Shown here piece by piece: positions 1-14,349 of a stretch of 64,000 nt of DNA. The stretch comes from the human T2T-CHM13v2.0 reference genome, Homo sapiens: positions 23,808,001 to 23,872,000 of the forward strand of contig CP086569.2 in NCBI GenBank assembly GCA_009914755.4, written 5' to 3'. How positions within the stretch are numbered: the stretch's first letter is position 1; every line of letters starts with the position of its first letter. The notes below the pieces were generated by a model. The model worked only from the letters and a program-made list of their open reading frames with translations, made no database searches and was not told the origin of the DNA. The position numbers and the translations under genes were made by a program.

Positions 1-559
1 TAACAACTTTATACCTGGAGCCAGGATGTGCAGAATGGTGACTCTCATTCCTGAACATTTCCACCAGTGCTATTGTGACATACACCTTGGTCCAGCTCCT
101 CAGTGATTTAATAATCCTGCCTAATTATAGCCTGCATATGACATTTTGACATATACCTGGACCTAGAACCTTGGTGATTTGACTCTCCTGTTGTAGAGGG
201 TCCTCAGAAAAAACTATAACATATCTATGGGCCCATCATCTAGGTAATGTGATGTTCCCCATTTGTCTGAACCTCCTTTCAGTGAAGAGTGTGGCATTTC
301 TAAACACTGCATCCAAATGACATGACTCTCTTGCCTGGGCCATTTCAACAGGAGGCCTTGTGACATATCTCTGAGCCCATCATTTTGGTGATATGACTCT
401 CCTCACCTGCCTGGACATTGTCCACAAGAGGCATTATGCGATAGAGCTGGGACTGGCACCAAAGTTTTCTGACTTTTCGGTTAGTGCCCTGCTGACAAAG
501 AGAACGTTGTAATACTTCTGGCTTAGAATGTAGGTGATGTGTTTGTTCTATCTCTTTTA

Positions 560-930
560 TAACCAAAGACGGGATGGTGACATATAACTAGGCACAGCTA
601 ATAGGCATGATAATGACTCTCTTATGTGGACCCAGCCAATAGAAGAAATGTTGCCTCTTATAACTAGGTTTAGGGACATGAGTGATGTAGAATCTCCTTC
701 TGGTAAAAAGGTCACAGAAGATTGCAACACTCACACATATTTTTTAACACCCTTGTGTTGAATAGAGGGTGTCACAAAGCACCTAGCACACAGAATAAAT
801 TGTGAGTATTGTATGCACACCCAGCTGACAGCAAGGAATTTCACCATCACAGGTGGATGAAGGCATCTGTCCTACATGAAAACAGGACATGTGTGGTATT
901 CTAAATCTAATCCCCAGAATTTTATTTCTT
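560..930. repeat. Higher-order module A, subtype A1, copy 1 (a diverged monomer block).
   Basis: Contains '...gatggtgacatataactaggcacagctaataggcatgataatgactctc...cagccaatagaagaaatg...ctaggtttagggacatgagtgatg...ggtcacagaagattgcaacactcacacat...cagctgacagcaagg...gtgtggtattctaaatctaatcc'. The same block recurs at 10,600 and 20,600. Confidence 0.8.
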
Positions 931-2139
931 CAAGACTGTGATATAAATCTTTGCCAGTTACCGGTGTGATTTCACTCTTCAGACTGGTTCAAGCCTACAT
1001 ATGGCATTTTGATATTTACCTGGGCCAACCTTGACATGATGTTACACTTCTGCCTGGGCCCTGCTCTCAGTAAGAATTGTAACATCACTGGATCCAGCAT
1101 CCAGGTGATGTTACATTCTTGCCTGTACCATGACACACACGTTATTGTGACATATTACTGTGTCCATCACTTAAAAGAAGTAACTCTCCTCTCTAGAATG
1201 GGCCCTGCACACAGGGCAGGATAGTGACGTACTCCTAGGAGTGGCACAGAGGTGATGATACTATTTTGACAGGGCCACGCCCCAAAGAGGGCATTTTGAA
1301 ATATTGCAGGGCCTATCATAGAGATAATATGTCTCTTCTGCTTGGGACCTGCACACTTGAATAGTGACATATTGCTAGGCCACACACAAAGGTGATGGTA
1401 CTCTTTTGCCAGGGACATGCTTTAAGGAAAGCTTTGTGACATATTTCTATGCCTATCACCTAGGTGATGTGACTTCCTGCTTGGCCCTGCCCACATGGAA
1501 CATTGTGACATATATGTGGGACCTGCACCCAGGTGATGTAACTCTCTTGACTGGGACCTTTTCTAAGGAGGGCTTGCAAATGTCTCAGGACCCAGGACCG
1601 TGTGATGTGGCACTTCAGCCTGGATTCTGCCCACCTATTAAATTGTCTAGGTATGTGAAATATACCTAAACAATTGACATATTGTGACATATTGAGCCCA
1701 CCACTTAGGTAATGTGACTCTCGACTGGTTGCCGAACAACGCCCATGAACAGGCCTTTTGCCATATTTTAGGGCTCAGCACCCAGATGATGTTACTCTTC
1801 TGCCTAGGTCGTGCATAAAGAGGGAATTATGGCATACTGTTTGGCCCAGCACCGTAATGATGTGACTCTCCTCCCTGTGCCAGAGCCACAGAAAGTATGT
1901 TGACATATCTTTGGCCAAATCTGTAGGTATTCTGGCTCTCATCACTTTGCTTGCTTTCTTCCATGTGTGGTTTTATCATATTACAAAGCTCCATCCCCCA
2001 GTTAATGTGACCCTCTTTACTAGCCCCTGCCTAATGAGGGCGTCATGATATATTACTTCACACAGAACCTAGGTGATGTTAAACTTCTGCCTAGGTTTTG
2101 CCCCCACAAAAATTGGATTATGACATATACCTTGCTTCA

Positions 2140-2850
2140 GTTCAAAGGCATGATGATCAAGCTTATATTCAGCCAATAGGACATATTTTTCCTCTCATCA
2201 CTAGGTTTAGGTCAATAGGTAAGTTCTTTCATTGGATATTTGTACAAAGCTCACAGAAGTTTACAGTATTAACTCGTATCATAAATACTTCTTGTGTGGT
2301 ACAGGGAGTTTCATAACAGGGCTCATCAAAATATTAAGATTGTGACTCTCAACTACACATTGAGGTGAAAGTAAAAGTTGTGACCATGCTATATTTACAA
2401 AACTCATTGTTGAGGTCCTCAGTCTAACAAGTGAATACAGTACAAAATTGGAATTGTAATTTTCGTAAGTGAATCTGGCCACAGGTGGGATGGTGACTCA
2501 TTTCTGGAGCCAGCTCACAGGCATAATAATGGTCTCATTCCTGAAGCCAGCATATAAGACAGATGTGGACTGTCATACCTTGGTTTAGGAAAATATCTAA
2601 TATTGTGAGTCCATAGAAGCATGTAGGCCTCAGAGTGGTTTGCAATGCTCATGCATGCTGTTTAAGGCCTTCAAATGTTGTAGAGGGTCATACAGTGGCC
2701 CAGGAAACATGTGAGATTGTGACTATCAGATACACAACCAGCTCACAGTTAATGGTGTCACCCTCAAAGACAAAGAGATTTGGCATATTGCTAGGCAGAG
2801 TACCAAGGTGTTGAGACATTTTGGCTTAAATTTCTTCCCATGGGTTCATT
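2140..2850. repeat. Module C copy (~720 bp diverged monomer block).
   Basis: Runs from 'caaaggcatgatgatcaagcttatattcagccaataggacatatttttcctctcatcactaggtttaggtcaatagg' through 'gtaggcctcagagtggtttgcaatgctcatgcatg' to 'ttggcttaaatttcttcccatgggttcattgtgacatatc'. Confidence 0.8.
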
Positions 2851-3379
2851 GTGACATATCGCTGGGTTAGAATTCATAAAAATGTGACTCTTTTGCTTGG
2901 ACCCTGCCAAAAGAGGATAGTATCACATATCTCTGGACCTATAATCTTGGTGATTTGTCTCTTCTGCCTGTGCCCTGCCCCCAGAGGACATTGTAAAATA
3001 TCATTTGGCTTAACATCTAGGTCATACTACCTACCTCTCCTGTCTGGGTTCTGCTCACCAAGTAAATTGTAACATACTGCTGATTACAAAACCTAGGGAA
3101 TATGACTCTCCTTCATATTCCTTGTTAAGAGAGGGGATTATTACATATTGCAGAGTGCAGCACCTAGGTTGAGTGACTCTTCTCTTTTTCTGTCAATCTC
3201 CGGATTAATGACATACTATTTCAGTCTGTATCCAGCTGATGTGACTTCAGACTATGCCCAGCCTACAAATGTGATTATACTGTGTAATTGGCTAAGCATC
3301 CAGGTGATGTGACTCTTCTGGCTTCTTCCTGCTCATAGGTGGAATTGTGACAAATGCCTGGGTTAAGCAATCCTGCACA

Positions 3380-4210
3380 ATAATAACTCTCATACCTGGA
3401 CAGAGCCAGTATGTTGTGATTCACTCAGGTTTGTGGCAGAAATATTAAAAGGAAATACTGGGGAACGTAATAAGGAAGAGTCACAAAGCTTTGGAAGGCT
3501 GAAAAGTTACATAGCTTGTAATAATTGGACAGGCTTAAGGTGGCCAGTTCTTACTTGAGAATATTAGGTCATAGGGTAAAATGAGGGACAATATAGGCTT
3601 CCCCAGTTAAGTCTGTTTATTTTACCTCCATTAACCAGTCTTTGAACCAGATAGCTCTCTCAGTGGGGAGCTCGACCAGGAAAGTTGCCCCCTAATAGTA
3701 TTTATTTTAGACCATGGTACCTGACCTTAATCATTTGTAGAACTACTTTCTTAACCATGTTAATTATCCACAATTGTGTTTACTCAAAGCTTCTGTTGTT
3801 AATTCTATATTGAAGAAATGCCTGGATTGCAAGCTGCTTAGTGCCAAGTTTGTCATTCTTCACAGGACTCTCCTCAGAGTCTGAGTGGCCTGGGAGCCTC
3901 AGCTGGACTGGCAAAGCAAAATATCTGTGTCATTCTCACACATGCACAATTGTCATTCTCACACATGCACAGGGCCTACTAATGTAGCCCTTGAATCTCA
4001 CACATAAAGAAGCACTCAAAAGCTGAAATAATTACTCTCATAAAGGAATCTGATTCACAGGTGGTTTGGTAACATATGAACCATGATTCAGCACACTGCG
4101 GTGATGTGACTCACCAACTGAAACACAATCTGCAAGTGAGAATGGGCTGTCATATATGAATCTGGCTGATTGTTGAGATTGTGACTCCTCTGCTTTGACC
4201 CGGCACATAG
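3380..4210. repeat. Module B copy 1. It carries a ~500 bp private insertion or replacement at 3,420-3,935.
   Basis: The B flanks are present ('aataataactctcatacctggacagagccag' ... 'gtcattctcacacatgcacagggcctac...ctgattcacaggtggtttggtaacat'). The interior 3,420-3,935 is absent from the other B copies. Confidence 0.75.
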
Positions 4211-5599
4211 ATAGTGTTTACTCACATACAGGAAACCAGGACTTTGGTGAGACGTGAAACTTATTTTCAAACCTTTTTGAGAGTGTGATTGGGACAGGTA
4301 ACTTTGCACAGCACATGAATAATTTGGATCTCTTTTATACACCCAGATCACAGAAGAAATTGTGCCATATGTCGAACAAGCATCTGAGCAATATGTAACA
4401 CATCCCTTGGCTCTTTCTATGAAGGGCACTATTACATATCACTGGGACCATTACCCAGATGATGCGAATTATCTGCCTGAAAACTGCCTACCAAGAGAAT
4501 TGTGTCTTATATGTAGGTCCATTATGTAATTGATGTGACTCCCTTCTACTCCTTTGTCCCTGCATTTACAGTGCATTGTGACACATAACGGGTACTGCAC
4601 GCAGGTGAAGTGATTCTTCTATTACGGTTCTGTCAACAGGATTTATGTGACATATTACTTGTTTTACCAGCTAGGTAATGTTTCTTTGCTTTTGCCTGGG
4701 CCCTGACCAAAGGGAGATTGTGACATATCGCTGGGCCCAGCACCAATGTGAGGTCACTCTCCAGCTTGGGTACTGCACGTGAGGGCCATTGTGATAAACA
4801 TCCAGGACAATTGCCCAGGTGAAATGAGCATCCTCTTCTGCCAAAGTCCTGCCCACATAGGGAGTTTTCTAATGTCACTGATGTGAGCATCCAGGTGATG
4901 TAACACTTCTGCCAGGATCCTGCCTGCAAGGGGGACTGTGACATCTCACTGGACCCCCACCCACATAAGTGATGTAACTTTCTTTCCTTCTCTCTGGCCA
5001 CAGGTGATATTGTGCTCTATAACTGAGGTCATAACAAAAGCCTAATATCAACTCATCTATCTGGAGCCAGAATATGTGCAGTATGATAAGTCTTATTCCT
5101 AAACCTTTCCACAAGTTTAACTGTGACATATACTTTTGCCCAGCTCCTGAGTGATTTAATAATTTTGCCTAGGTATAGCCCCAAAATGAGATTTTGACAA
5201 ATATCTGTGCCAGCCACCTTGGTGATTTGACTGTGCTATCTTAACAGTCTCCTCAGAGGGAATGTCACATATTTCTGGACTCATCATCTAGGTTACATGA
5301 CTCTCTTGTTTGGCCTGTACCCAGCTTCCTTTAGTAATTGTAGCATTTGTAAACACTGCATCTAAATGAGATGACGGTCTTTTCCGGATCCTGTCAACAG
5401 GAGGCATTGTGACATATTTCTGGGCACAGGTTTTAGGTAGTATCTCTCTCCTCTACTGCCTGGTCACTGCCCACAAATACATTGTGCCACAGAGATAAAT
5501 CTAGCACACAAGTTTTGAGACATTTCTGAAAAGACCTTGCCTACAAAGAGAATATTGGAATGTTTTTTGCCCAGCCTTTAGGTGACATTGCTCTTCTGC

Positions 5600-5980
5600 C
5601 TGCTTCATAACCACAGAGGGAATTTTAAGATATACCTAGGCATGCCTATCAGGAATGACAATGACTCTTATATGTGGATTCAGCCAATAGAGGATATTTT
5701 GACTCTTATGACTAGGTTTAGGGAAATACATGGTGTCCTGAATCACCTTCTTGCACAAAGGTCACAAAAGATTACAACATTCACACATACTTTACAAAGT
5801 CCTTGGGTTATACAGAAGGAGTCAAAGCAGGTCTCGGAATGCAGGTAAAATTGTGAGTCTTGTGTGCACATCCAGCTGACAGTAGGACTGTTATCATCTC
5901 ACGTGGATGAAGCCAACTGTCACACTCGAAAAAGGATGTGTGGGGTATTGTAAATCTCATATTTGGAATAGTTGGACAGT
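5600..5980. repeat. Module A, subtype A2, copy.
   Basis: Has the same layout as A1, but with the A2-specific string 'gtcctgaatcaccttcttgcacaaaggtcacaaaagattacaacattcacacatactttacaaagtc'. The A2 form is shared with the copies at 27,200, 30,010 and 39,625. Confidence 0.8.
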
Positions 5981-7139
5981 GTGATTGTGATATCAATCTT
6001 TGCCATGCACCTGTGTAGTTTGCCTCTCCAGGCTTGTTCCAGCATGTATATGGGATTCTGATATCTACCTAGGCCCCAATCTCAAGGTGATGTGACTCTT
6101 CTGCCTGGGCCATTCTCTAAGTAAGGATTGTAGTATATCACTGGATCTTGCCTCCGGGTGATGTTACATTGTTGCCTGCACCATGGCCACCACAATTATT
6201 GTGACATATGCCTGTGTCCACCTGACAGATGATGTAAGTCTCTTCTCTGGAATGTTCTCTGCACAGAGAAAGAATAGCGACATATTGCAAGGCCAGGCAC
6301 AAAGGCATAGGTGCCTTTTGCCAGCGCCATGCCCAAAAAGGGCATTGTGACATATCTCTGAGCCTATCATCTAGGTTATGCTGCTCTCCCACTTGGGCCC
6401 TGCCAATCTGGAGACTGATATATTTCTAGGCCAAGCACACAGGTGATGTTACTCTTTTGCCTGGGCCATACTTCATAGAGGACATTGTCACATATCTCTA
6501 GGCCTATTACCTAGGTGAAGCGACTTGCTCCTTGGGCCCTACCCCTATGAAGCATTGTGGCATAAGCAGAGAACCTACTCTGAGGTGACGTAAGCCTCTT
6601 GCCTAGCTGACGTCCTAAGAGAGCCTCATGACATATCTCAGGACACAGCACCCAAATTATGTGGTTCTTCTGCCCGGTGTGCGTCCTTATGTTATGCTGT
6701 GACGTATTCCTAGGGAAGCACCTAGGTGATATGACTCTCCTAATCTGCCTGTGCCATGCCTAGAGGGGCTATTGGGACACATGTCTGAGACCAAGACTGA
6801 AGTGATGTGACTCTTTTTTTCTGCCTGGGCCTTCAAAATAAGGATATTGACTCATTGTTGGGCAGAGCACTCAGGATATGTGACTCTCCTCTTTTTCCCG
6901 AATGATGCCCACAGAAAGGAATTTTGACCTATTGCAGGGTCCAGCACCCAGGTGATATTACTCTTCTGCCTGGGTTCTGCATAAAAAGAAAATTATGGCA
7001 TATTGCACATTGTTGAACCCAGTATTTTTAAAATTTGACTCCCTGCCTGTGCTGGAGTCAAATATTTTGATGTCTCTTGTGCCCATTAGGTAGGTGCTTT
7101 GGCTCTCATGTATGACATATACTTAGGTCCACTTCACAG

Positions 7140-7850
7140 GCATTATGACGAACTTTATATTGGGATTCACCCAATAAAAGATATTTTGCCTTTCATCATT
7201 AGGCTTAGTGCAATAGGTTAAATCCTGGGTTGCATATTTGTACCAAGCTCATAGAATCTTTCAACAATAACTTGCATTGTATAAACTCTTTGTTGGTAGA
7301 GAGTTGCATAACAGGGCCCAGCAAAAAGTTCAGATTATGACTCTCGCTTACACAACCAGTTGAAAATAAAAGTTGTCACCATTCCACATTTACAGTGCCC
7401 ACTGTTGAGATCTTGAGTCTAACAAGGGAATACAGCGCAAAGTGTGAACTGTGACTTTTATATGTGGATCTGGCCACAGGGAAAATGGTGATTCATTTCT
7501 GGACCCAGCTCACAGGCTTAATCATAGGTCTTCCCCCTTAACCCTGTCTGCGGGAGAGATGTTGACTACCAAACCTAGGTTTAGGATAATATGTATGACT
7601 GTGAGTCCCTATGAGCATGTAGGCCTCAGAGAGGTTTGCAATTCTCACGCAGGTTTCATAAACCCCACGGGTATTTTACAGAGTGTAATATATTGGCCCA
7701 GCATACACATGAGATTGTGACACTAATATACATGGTCAGCCAAAATTTACAGGTGTTACCCTCAAAGATGAAGATATTGTGTCGTATCACTAGGCCTAGT
7801 GCCCAGGTTTTGATACTTTTTGCGTCAAATTCCTTTTCCTGAATGCCTTG
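7140..7850. repeat. Module C copy.
   Basis: Same layout: 'cacccaataaaagatattttgcctttcatcattaggcttagtgcaatagg...gtaggcctcagagaggtttgcaattctcacgcagg...'. Confidence 0.8.
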
Positions 7851-8805
7851 TTACATATCACTGGGACAGAATCATCATAATGTAATTCTTCTCCTGAGCC
7901 CTGCAAACAGTGGATGTTATCAAACATCTCTGTGTCTTTCAGCTAAGGAATATGTCTCTCCTGCCAATGTCTTGTCCACAGGGAACATTTTGACATATTG
8001 CTAGATATAGCATCTATGTAATATGACTCTACCCTCCTGACTGGATCCTTCCCATTGAAGAAGCTGTTGCAGAACACTGAGTGCAAAACCTAGGTGATAT
8101 GACTCTCCTCTTTGTTATGGACTCTGCCAAAAGAGGGAAATGTAACATGCTATTGAGCCCAGCACCTAGGGGATGTGACTGTCCACTATTTATTCAATCC
8201 TGTATACGGTGGGCATATTGACATATTATTTGAGACTGTACCCACCTGATATGACTCTTATGACTGGGTCCTGCCTACAAGGAGATTATACTGTTTCCCT
8301 GATTCAGGACCCAGGTGATGTGACTCTTCTCTTGCCTCTGTCCAAAGGTGAAACTGTGACATAGACCTGGATTCAGCTCATATGCACAATAATAACTCTC
8401 ATGCCTGGACCCAGCCAGGGGATTTATTTTGATTCCCTTAGACAGTCTGACTACCATGGTTAAATTCCTCAATCTCACATATGTAAGAATTCATAGAAAA
8501 GTACGCTACTCTGTCATATCACATAAAGTCTGAGTGGTACAAAGGATGTCATAACAGGCACCAGTGACCAGGTGCTATTGGGAGTCTTGGACACCCACCC
8601 AGCTGACACAGTTGTCATTCTCACACATGAACAAAGCCTACAAATCAGATATTAAATCTCACACACATAAGCAGTAGAAATTTTTCTTACTCTCATACAT
8701 GAATCTGATCCACAGGTGGTTTGGTGACATTTGAAGCATGACTCAGCAGACCTGTGGTGCTTTGACTCTCCTACTGGAACGAAATCTTCAAGTGGGAGTG
8801 GGTTT

Positions 8806-8832
8806 TTTGTTATTGTTGTTGTTGTTGTTGTT
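8806..8832. repeat. (GTT)n / T-rich simple repeat.
   Basis: 'ttttttgttattgttgttgttgttgttgtttt'. It is probably the modified poly-A tail, seen as its complement, of the adjacent antisense Alu. Confidence 0.85.
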
Positions 8833-8833
8833 T

Positions 8834-9105
8834 TGAGACAGAGTTTTTCTCTTATTGCCCAGACTGGTGTGCAGTGGTGCCATCTCAGCTCACTGCATCC
8901 TCCACTTCCTGGGTTCAAGTGATACTTCTGCCTCAGCCTCCTGAGTACCTGGGACTACAGGCACCTGCCACCATGCCCGGCTAATTTTTTCTGTGTTTAG
9001 TAGAGGCGGGGTTTCACCATGTTGGCCACTCCTGACCTCAGGTGATCCACCCACCTCGGCCTCCCAAAGTGCTGGGATTACAGGCATGAACCACAGTGCC
9101 TGGCC
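8834..9105 (-). mobile_element. Alu element (antisense) inserted into module B of the satellite.
   Basis: 'gagacagagtttttctcttattgcccagactggtgtgcagtggtgccatctcagctcactgca...ggattacaggcatgaaccacagtgcctggcc'. It is flanked by the direct repeat 'gagtgggg' / 'gagttgggg'. Other B copies read 'caagggggattggggctcctatac' with no insert. Confidence 0.9.
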
Positions 9106-10599
9106 AGAGTTGGGGCTCTTATACATGGATCTTGCCCATTGTTGAGACTGTGACTCCTGTACTTCGACCAAACTGATAGGAGATGTTAACTCTCATACCT
9201 GAGGGCAGGACTAGTATGGGACTGTGAAACTTACTTCTGACCATTTTTGAGAGTGTGATTGAGAAATATGGCTTTGCCCAGCCTATGAGTGTTTTGCATC
9301 TCTTATCTAGGCCCAGAGGACAGTTGAAATTGTGACATACATTCGCCAAGCACCTAAGCAACGTATAACACCTTTTTGGGAATGCGACAGAGGGCACTTT
9401 TACATATCTCTGGGACCAGCGCCCAGCCGATGTAAAATCTTGGCCTGAAACACGGCTACAAAGAGCATTATGGCTTTTATCTAGCTCTGTCATGTAAGTG
9501 ATGTCATTTCTTTCTACTGCCTTGGTCCTGCACTTATGGTGCCTAGTGACACATAACAGGATACTGCACCCAGGTGATGTGACTCATTTTTGGGTGGAGT
9601 TCTGCCAATAGAAAGATTTGTAACATATCACTTAGCTCAGCACCTAGGTGATGTTTTTTCTCTCTTGCCTGAGCCCTGACCACCAGAGAGATTGTAACAT
9701 ATTGCTGAACTCAGCACAAAGGTGAGGTCATTCTCCTGCATTTTCCTGCCCATAGGGACAGTTGTGACATATATCCAGGCGAATTGCCTAGGAGCAGTTT
9801 TTCTCCTCTCCTTCCTACGCCTGCCTTGTCCACAGAAGGAATTTAGATATATCACTGAAATCAGCATCCAGGCGATGTGAATCTTCTTCCAGAGTCCTCC
9901 CCACAAGAAGGATTGTGACATTTCACTGGACCAGCACCGACTCTGATGATGTGACTTTCCTTTCTTCTCCCTGCCCACAGGTGATATTGTGCCATATACT
10001 TGAGAGAAGATAAAAAAATTATAACAACAACTCCTGTACCTAGAGCCAGAACATTTGCAGGATGGTGACTCTCATCCCTGAACCTTTCCACAGGTGTTGT
10101 TGTGACATACACCTTTGCCAAGCTCCTGAGTGATTTAATAATCCTGCCTATTTATAGCCCAGAGATAACAGTTTGATATATACATTGGCCAAAAACCTTG
10201 GTGATTTGACTTCCCTGTCTTAGCAGTGTCCTCAGAAGGGATCGTAACAAATCTCTGGACCCATCATCTAGGGTATTTGACTTTTCTCTCCTGCATGAAC
10301 CCTGCTTCCAGTGAAGAGTGTAGCATTTCTAAGCACTGCATTTAAATGACATGACCCTCTTGCCTGGGCCCTTTCAATAGGAGGCATTGTTACATTTCTC
10401 TGGGCCCATCATTTAGGTTATATGACTCTCCTCTCCTGTGTGGACACTCTCCAGCAAGGACATTATGCCAACGACCTGGGCCTATGACCAAATTTTGTGG
10501 CTTTTCTGTTATGGCCCTTCCTGCAAATAAAATATTGGAACATTTTTGGCTCATGGTTTAGGTGATGTGGTTTTTCTGCCCATTTAATAACCACAGAGA

Positions 10600-10960
10600 G
10601 CATGGTAGCATATACCTAGGCGCAACTAACGGCCATGATAGTGACTGTCATATGTGAACCCAGCCAATAGGAGAAATTTTGACTTTTATAACTAGGTTTA
10701 GGAACATAAGTGATGTCAATGATCTCTTCCCGGTAAAAATGTCACAGAAGACTATAACACTCACACATGTTTTGTTACACCCTTGTGTTGTATAAAGAAT
10801 GCCATAACAGGGCCTAGCACACCGAGAAAATTGTCAGTCTCATATGCAAACCCAGCTGACAGCAAGAACTTTCACCATCATAGACGGATGAAGGCAACTC
10901 TTCTACATGAAAATAGGGCATGTGTGGTATTGTAAATCTAATTTCTAGAATTTTATTCCA
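10600..10960. repeat. Module A, subtype A1, copy.
   Basis: Near-identical in layout and sequence to 560-930. It lies 10,040 bp downstream of copy 1. Confidence 0.8.
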
Positions 10961-11473
10961 TCATGACTCTGATACAAATCTTTGTCATGCACCATTGTGA
11001 TTTCATTCTTAAGACTGGTTGAAGCCTACATATAAAATTTTGAGATCTCCCAGGGCCAACCTTGAAGTGGTTTGACTCTTCTCCCTGGGCCCTGCTCTCA
11101 GTAAGAATTTTGACATCACTGGATGCAGTAACCAGGTAATGTTATATTCTTGACTGCACCATGACACAGACATCATTGTGACATATTACTGTGTCCGTCA
11201 CTTAAAAGATGTAACTCTCCTCTCTGGAATGGGCACTGCACATAGGATAGGATAGTCACATATTCATAGGCCAGGCACACAGGTGATGATACTTTTTTTT
11301 TTTGCCAGGGCCATGCCCAAAAGAAGGCATTTTGACATATCAAAGGGCCTATCATGCAGGTAATATGACTCTTCTGCTTGGGATCTGCCCACCTGCATAG
11401 TGACACATTGCTAGGCCAGACAGAAAGGTGATGGTACTGTTCAGCCAGGGACAGGCTTTAAGAAAAGTTTTAT

Positions 11474-11922
<449 letters not shown>

Positions 11923-12609
11923 CTAAGGGGGGCTTGTGAATATCTCAGGACCCAGGACCATGTGATATGGTATTCAGCCTTGTTTTTTCCCACATATTAA
12001 AGTGTGACATATACCTAAAGAAGCACCTAGGTGATATGATTCTCTTTTTCTGCCTGATCCCTGCCTACTGGTGACATTCGGCCATATCTCTGAGCACATA
12101 ACCTATATGATGTGACTCTCTTATTCTGTCTGCGCTTTGACAATAAGAAGACTGTGAAATGTTAATGAGCCCAGCACTTAGGTAACGTAAGTCTTGTCTG
12201 GTTGCTGAACAACCCCCACAAACAAGACTTTTGCTGTATTTCAGGGCCCAACACCTGGATGATGTTACTCTTCTGCCTAGGTCATGCGTAAAGAGGGAAT
12301 TAGGGCATATTGCTTGGCCCAGTCCCGTAATGATATGACTCTCCTGCTTGTGCCAGAGCCACAGAAGGTATTTTGATATATCTTGTTCCCTTTCTGTACG
12401 TGTTTTGGCTCTCATAACTTTGCTGGTATTCTTCCACGTGTTGTTGTAGCATATTGCTGGTTCCAGCCCCCAGTTAATGTGACCCTCTTTCCTAGGCCCT
12501 GCCTAGGTAGAGTATTGTGACATATTGCTTGGAACAGCACCTAAGTGATGTTAACCTTCTGCCTAGATTTTGCCCACAAATGGGGTTATGACAGATACCT
12601 TGATTCAGT

Positions 12610-13330
12610 TCAAAAACATGATGATCAAGCTTATATCGGGATTCAGCCAACAGGAGATATTTTGCCTTGCATTGCTAGGTTTACATCAATAAGTTAGTCC
12701 CTTCATTGCATATTTATACAGAGCTCAGAGAAACTTACAACACTGATTCATATCATAAAACCTTCCTGGGTGGTACAGAGATATTTATGACGGATCCCAA
12801 CAAAAAATTGAGATTGTGAATCTCCACTACACATTCAAATGCAAGTAAAAGTTGTTATCTTCTCACATTTACAAATCTCATTGTTAAGGTCCTGAGTCTA
12901 ACAAGTGAATACAGGACCAAGTTGGAGTTGTGATTTTCAAAAGCTAATCTTGTCACGGGTGGGATGGTGACTCATACATATCTGGTCCCAGGTCACAGGC
13001 TTAAAAACAGTCTCATCTCTGAAGCCAGCCTAGAGAAGAGATGTTGAGAGTCATACCTTGGTTTAGGGCAATATGTAAGATCATGAGTTCATATAAGCAT
13101 GTGGGCCTCAGAGAGGTTTTCAACTCTCAGGCATGTTGTATAGTGTTCTCAGATATTGCAGAGAATGTCATACAAGGGTCAGCACACACATGAGATTGTG
13201 ACTGTCATATAAACAACTAGCTAACCATTAATTGTGTCACCGTTAAAGGTGAAGAGATTGTGTCATATCACTTGGCGTCATACCCCAGTGTTGAGACATT
13301 TTTGTTTAAATTCCTTTCCAAAAGGGCATT
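12610..13330. repeat. Module C copy. It is the first of a doubled pair.
   Basis: Carries the C-module landmarks ('catgatgatcaagcttatatcgggattcagccaacaggagatattttgcc...'). Confidence 0.8.
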
Positions 13331-14349
13331 GTCACATATCACTGGGTCAGAATAATGATAATGGCCTTGAAAACAGGGGATATTTTCACACACCCCCAAG
13401 CCTATTGGCCAGGTGATATGTCTCTCCTGCTAGTGCATTGCCCACAGGGGACATTGTGATATATCACTAGATACAGCATCTAGGTAATACTCCTGCCTGG
13501 AACCTGTCCACCAAATAAATTGTGACATACAACTGAGTGCAAAACCTAGGTGACATGACTCTCCTATTTGTCCTGGACTCTGCCAAGACAGGGAATTTCT
13601 ACATATTGCTGAGCCCAGCACCCAGGTGTTGTGATTCTTTTTTTACTTTTATTTTTCATCAAATCTGTCTACATTGGGCATGGTGACATATTACCTGAGG
13701 GTCTACCCAGGTGATGTGGCTCTTCAGCCTGATTTCTGCTCACATGTTAGATTGTGACATACAACTAGGAAAGCACCTAGGTATATGACTCTCCTTTTCA
13801 GCCCATGCCCTGCCCTACTGGGACAGTGGGATCTATCTCTGAGCCCAAGACCTAAGTGAAGTGACTCTCTTCTTCAGTCTGGTCTTTGCAGTGACGGCAT
13901 TGTGACATATTGCTGAGCCCAGCACTCAGATTTATTGACAGCTATTTCTCTTGAACCATGCAAACAAACAGAAATGTTGACCTATTGCAGGGCTCAGCAC
14001 ACATATAATGTTACTCTTTTGCCTGGATTTTGCGTACACGGAGAATTATGGCATATACTAATATATAATAATAGCACACTAAAAATGTGACTGTCATGCT
14101 TTCCTGCAGCTACAGAAGGCATTTTGACATATACTGAGCTTATTCTGTAGATGTCTTGGCTCTGATTTTTTGCCTGTTCTTTTTCTACATATGGGATTGT
14201 GTCATATTGCTGTGTCCAGTACCCAGTTAATATGACTTAATTCCTATACGCTGCCTAGAGATGGCATTGTGGCATGATGCTTGGCACAGCACAGTGATGT
14301 TACACCCCTGCCTAGTTTTGGCCCACAAATAGGATTATGACATATACCT

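Larger units (their letters stand above)
8380..9210. repeat. Module B copy 2, split by an Alu insertion.
   Basis: The B landmarks lie on either side of the Alu at 8,834-9,105. Confidence 0.8.
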
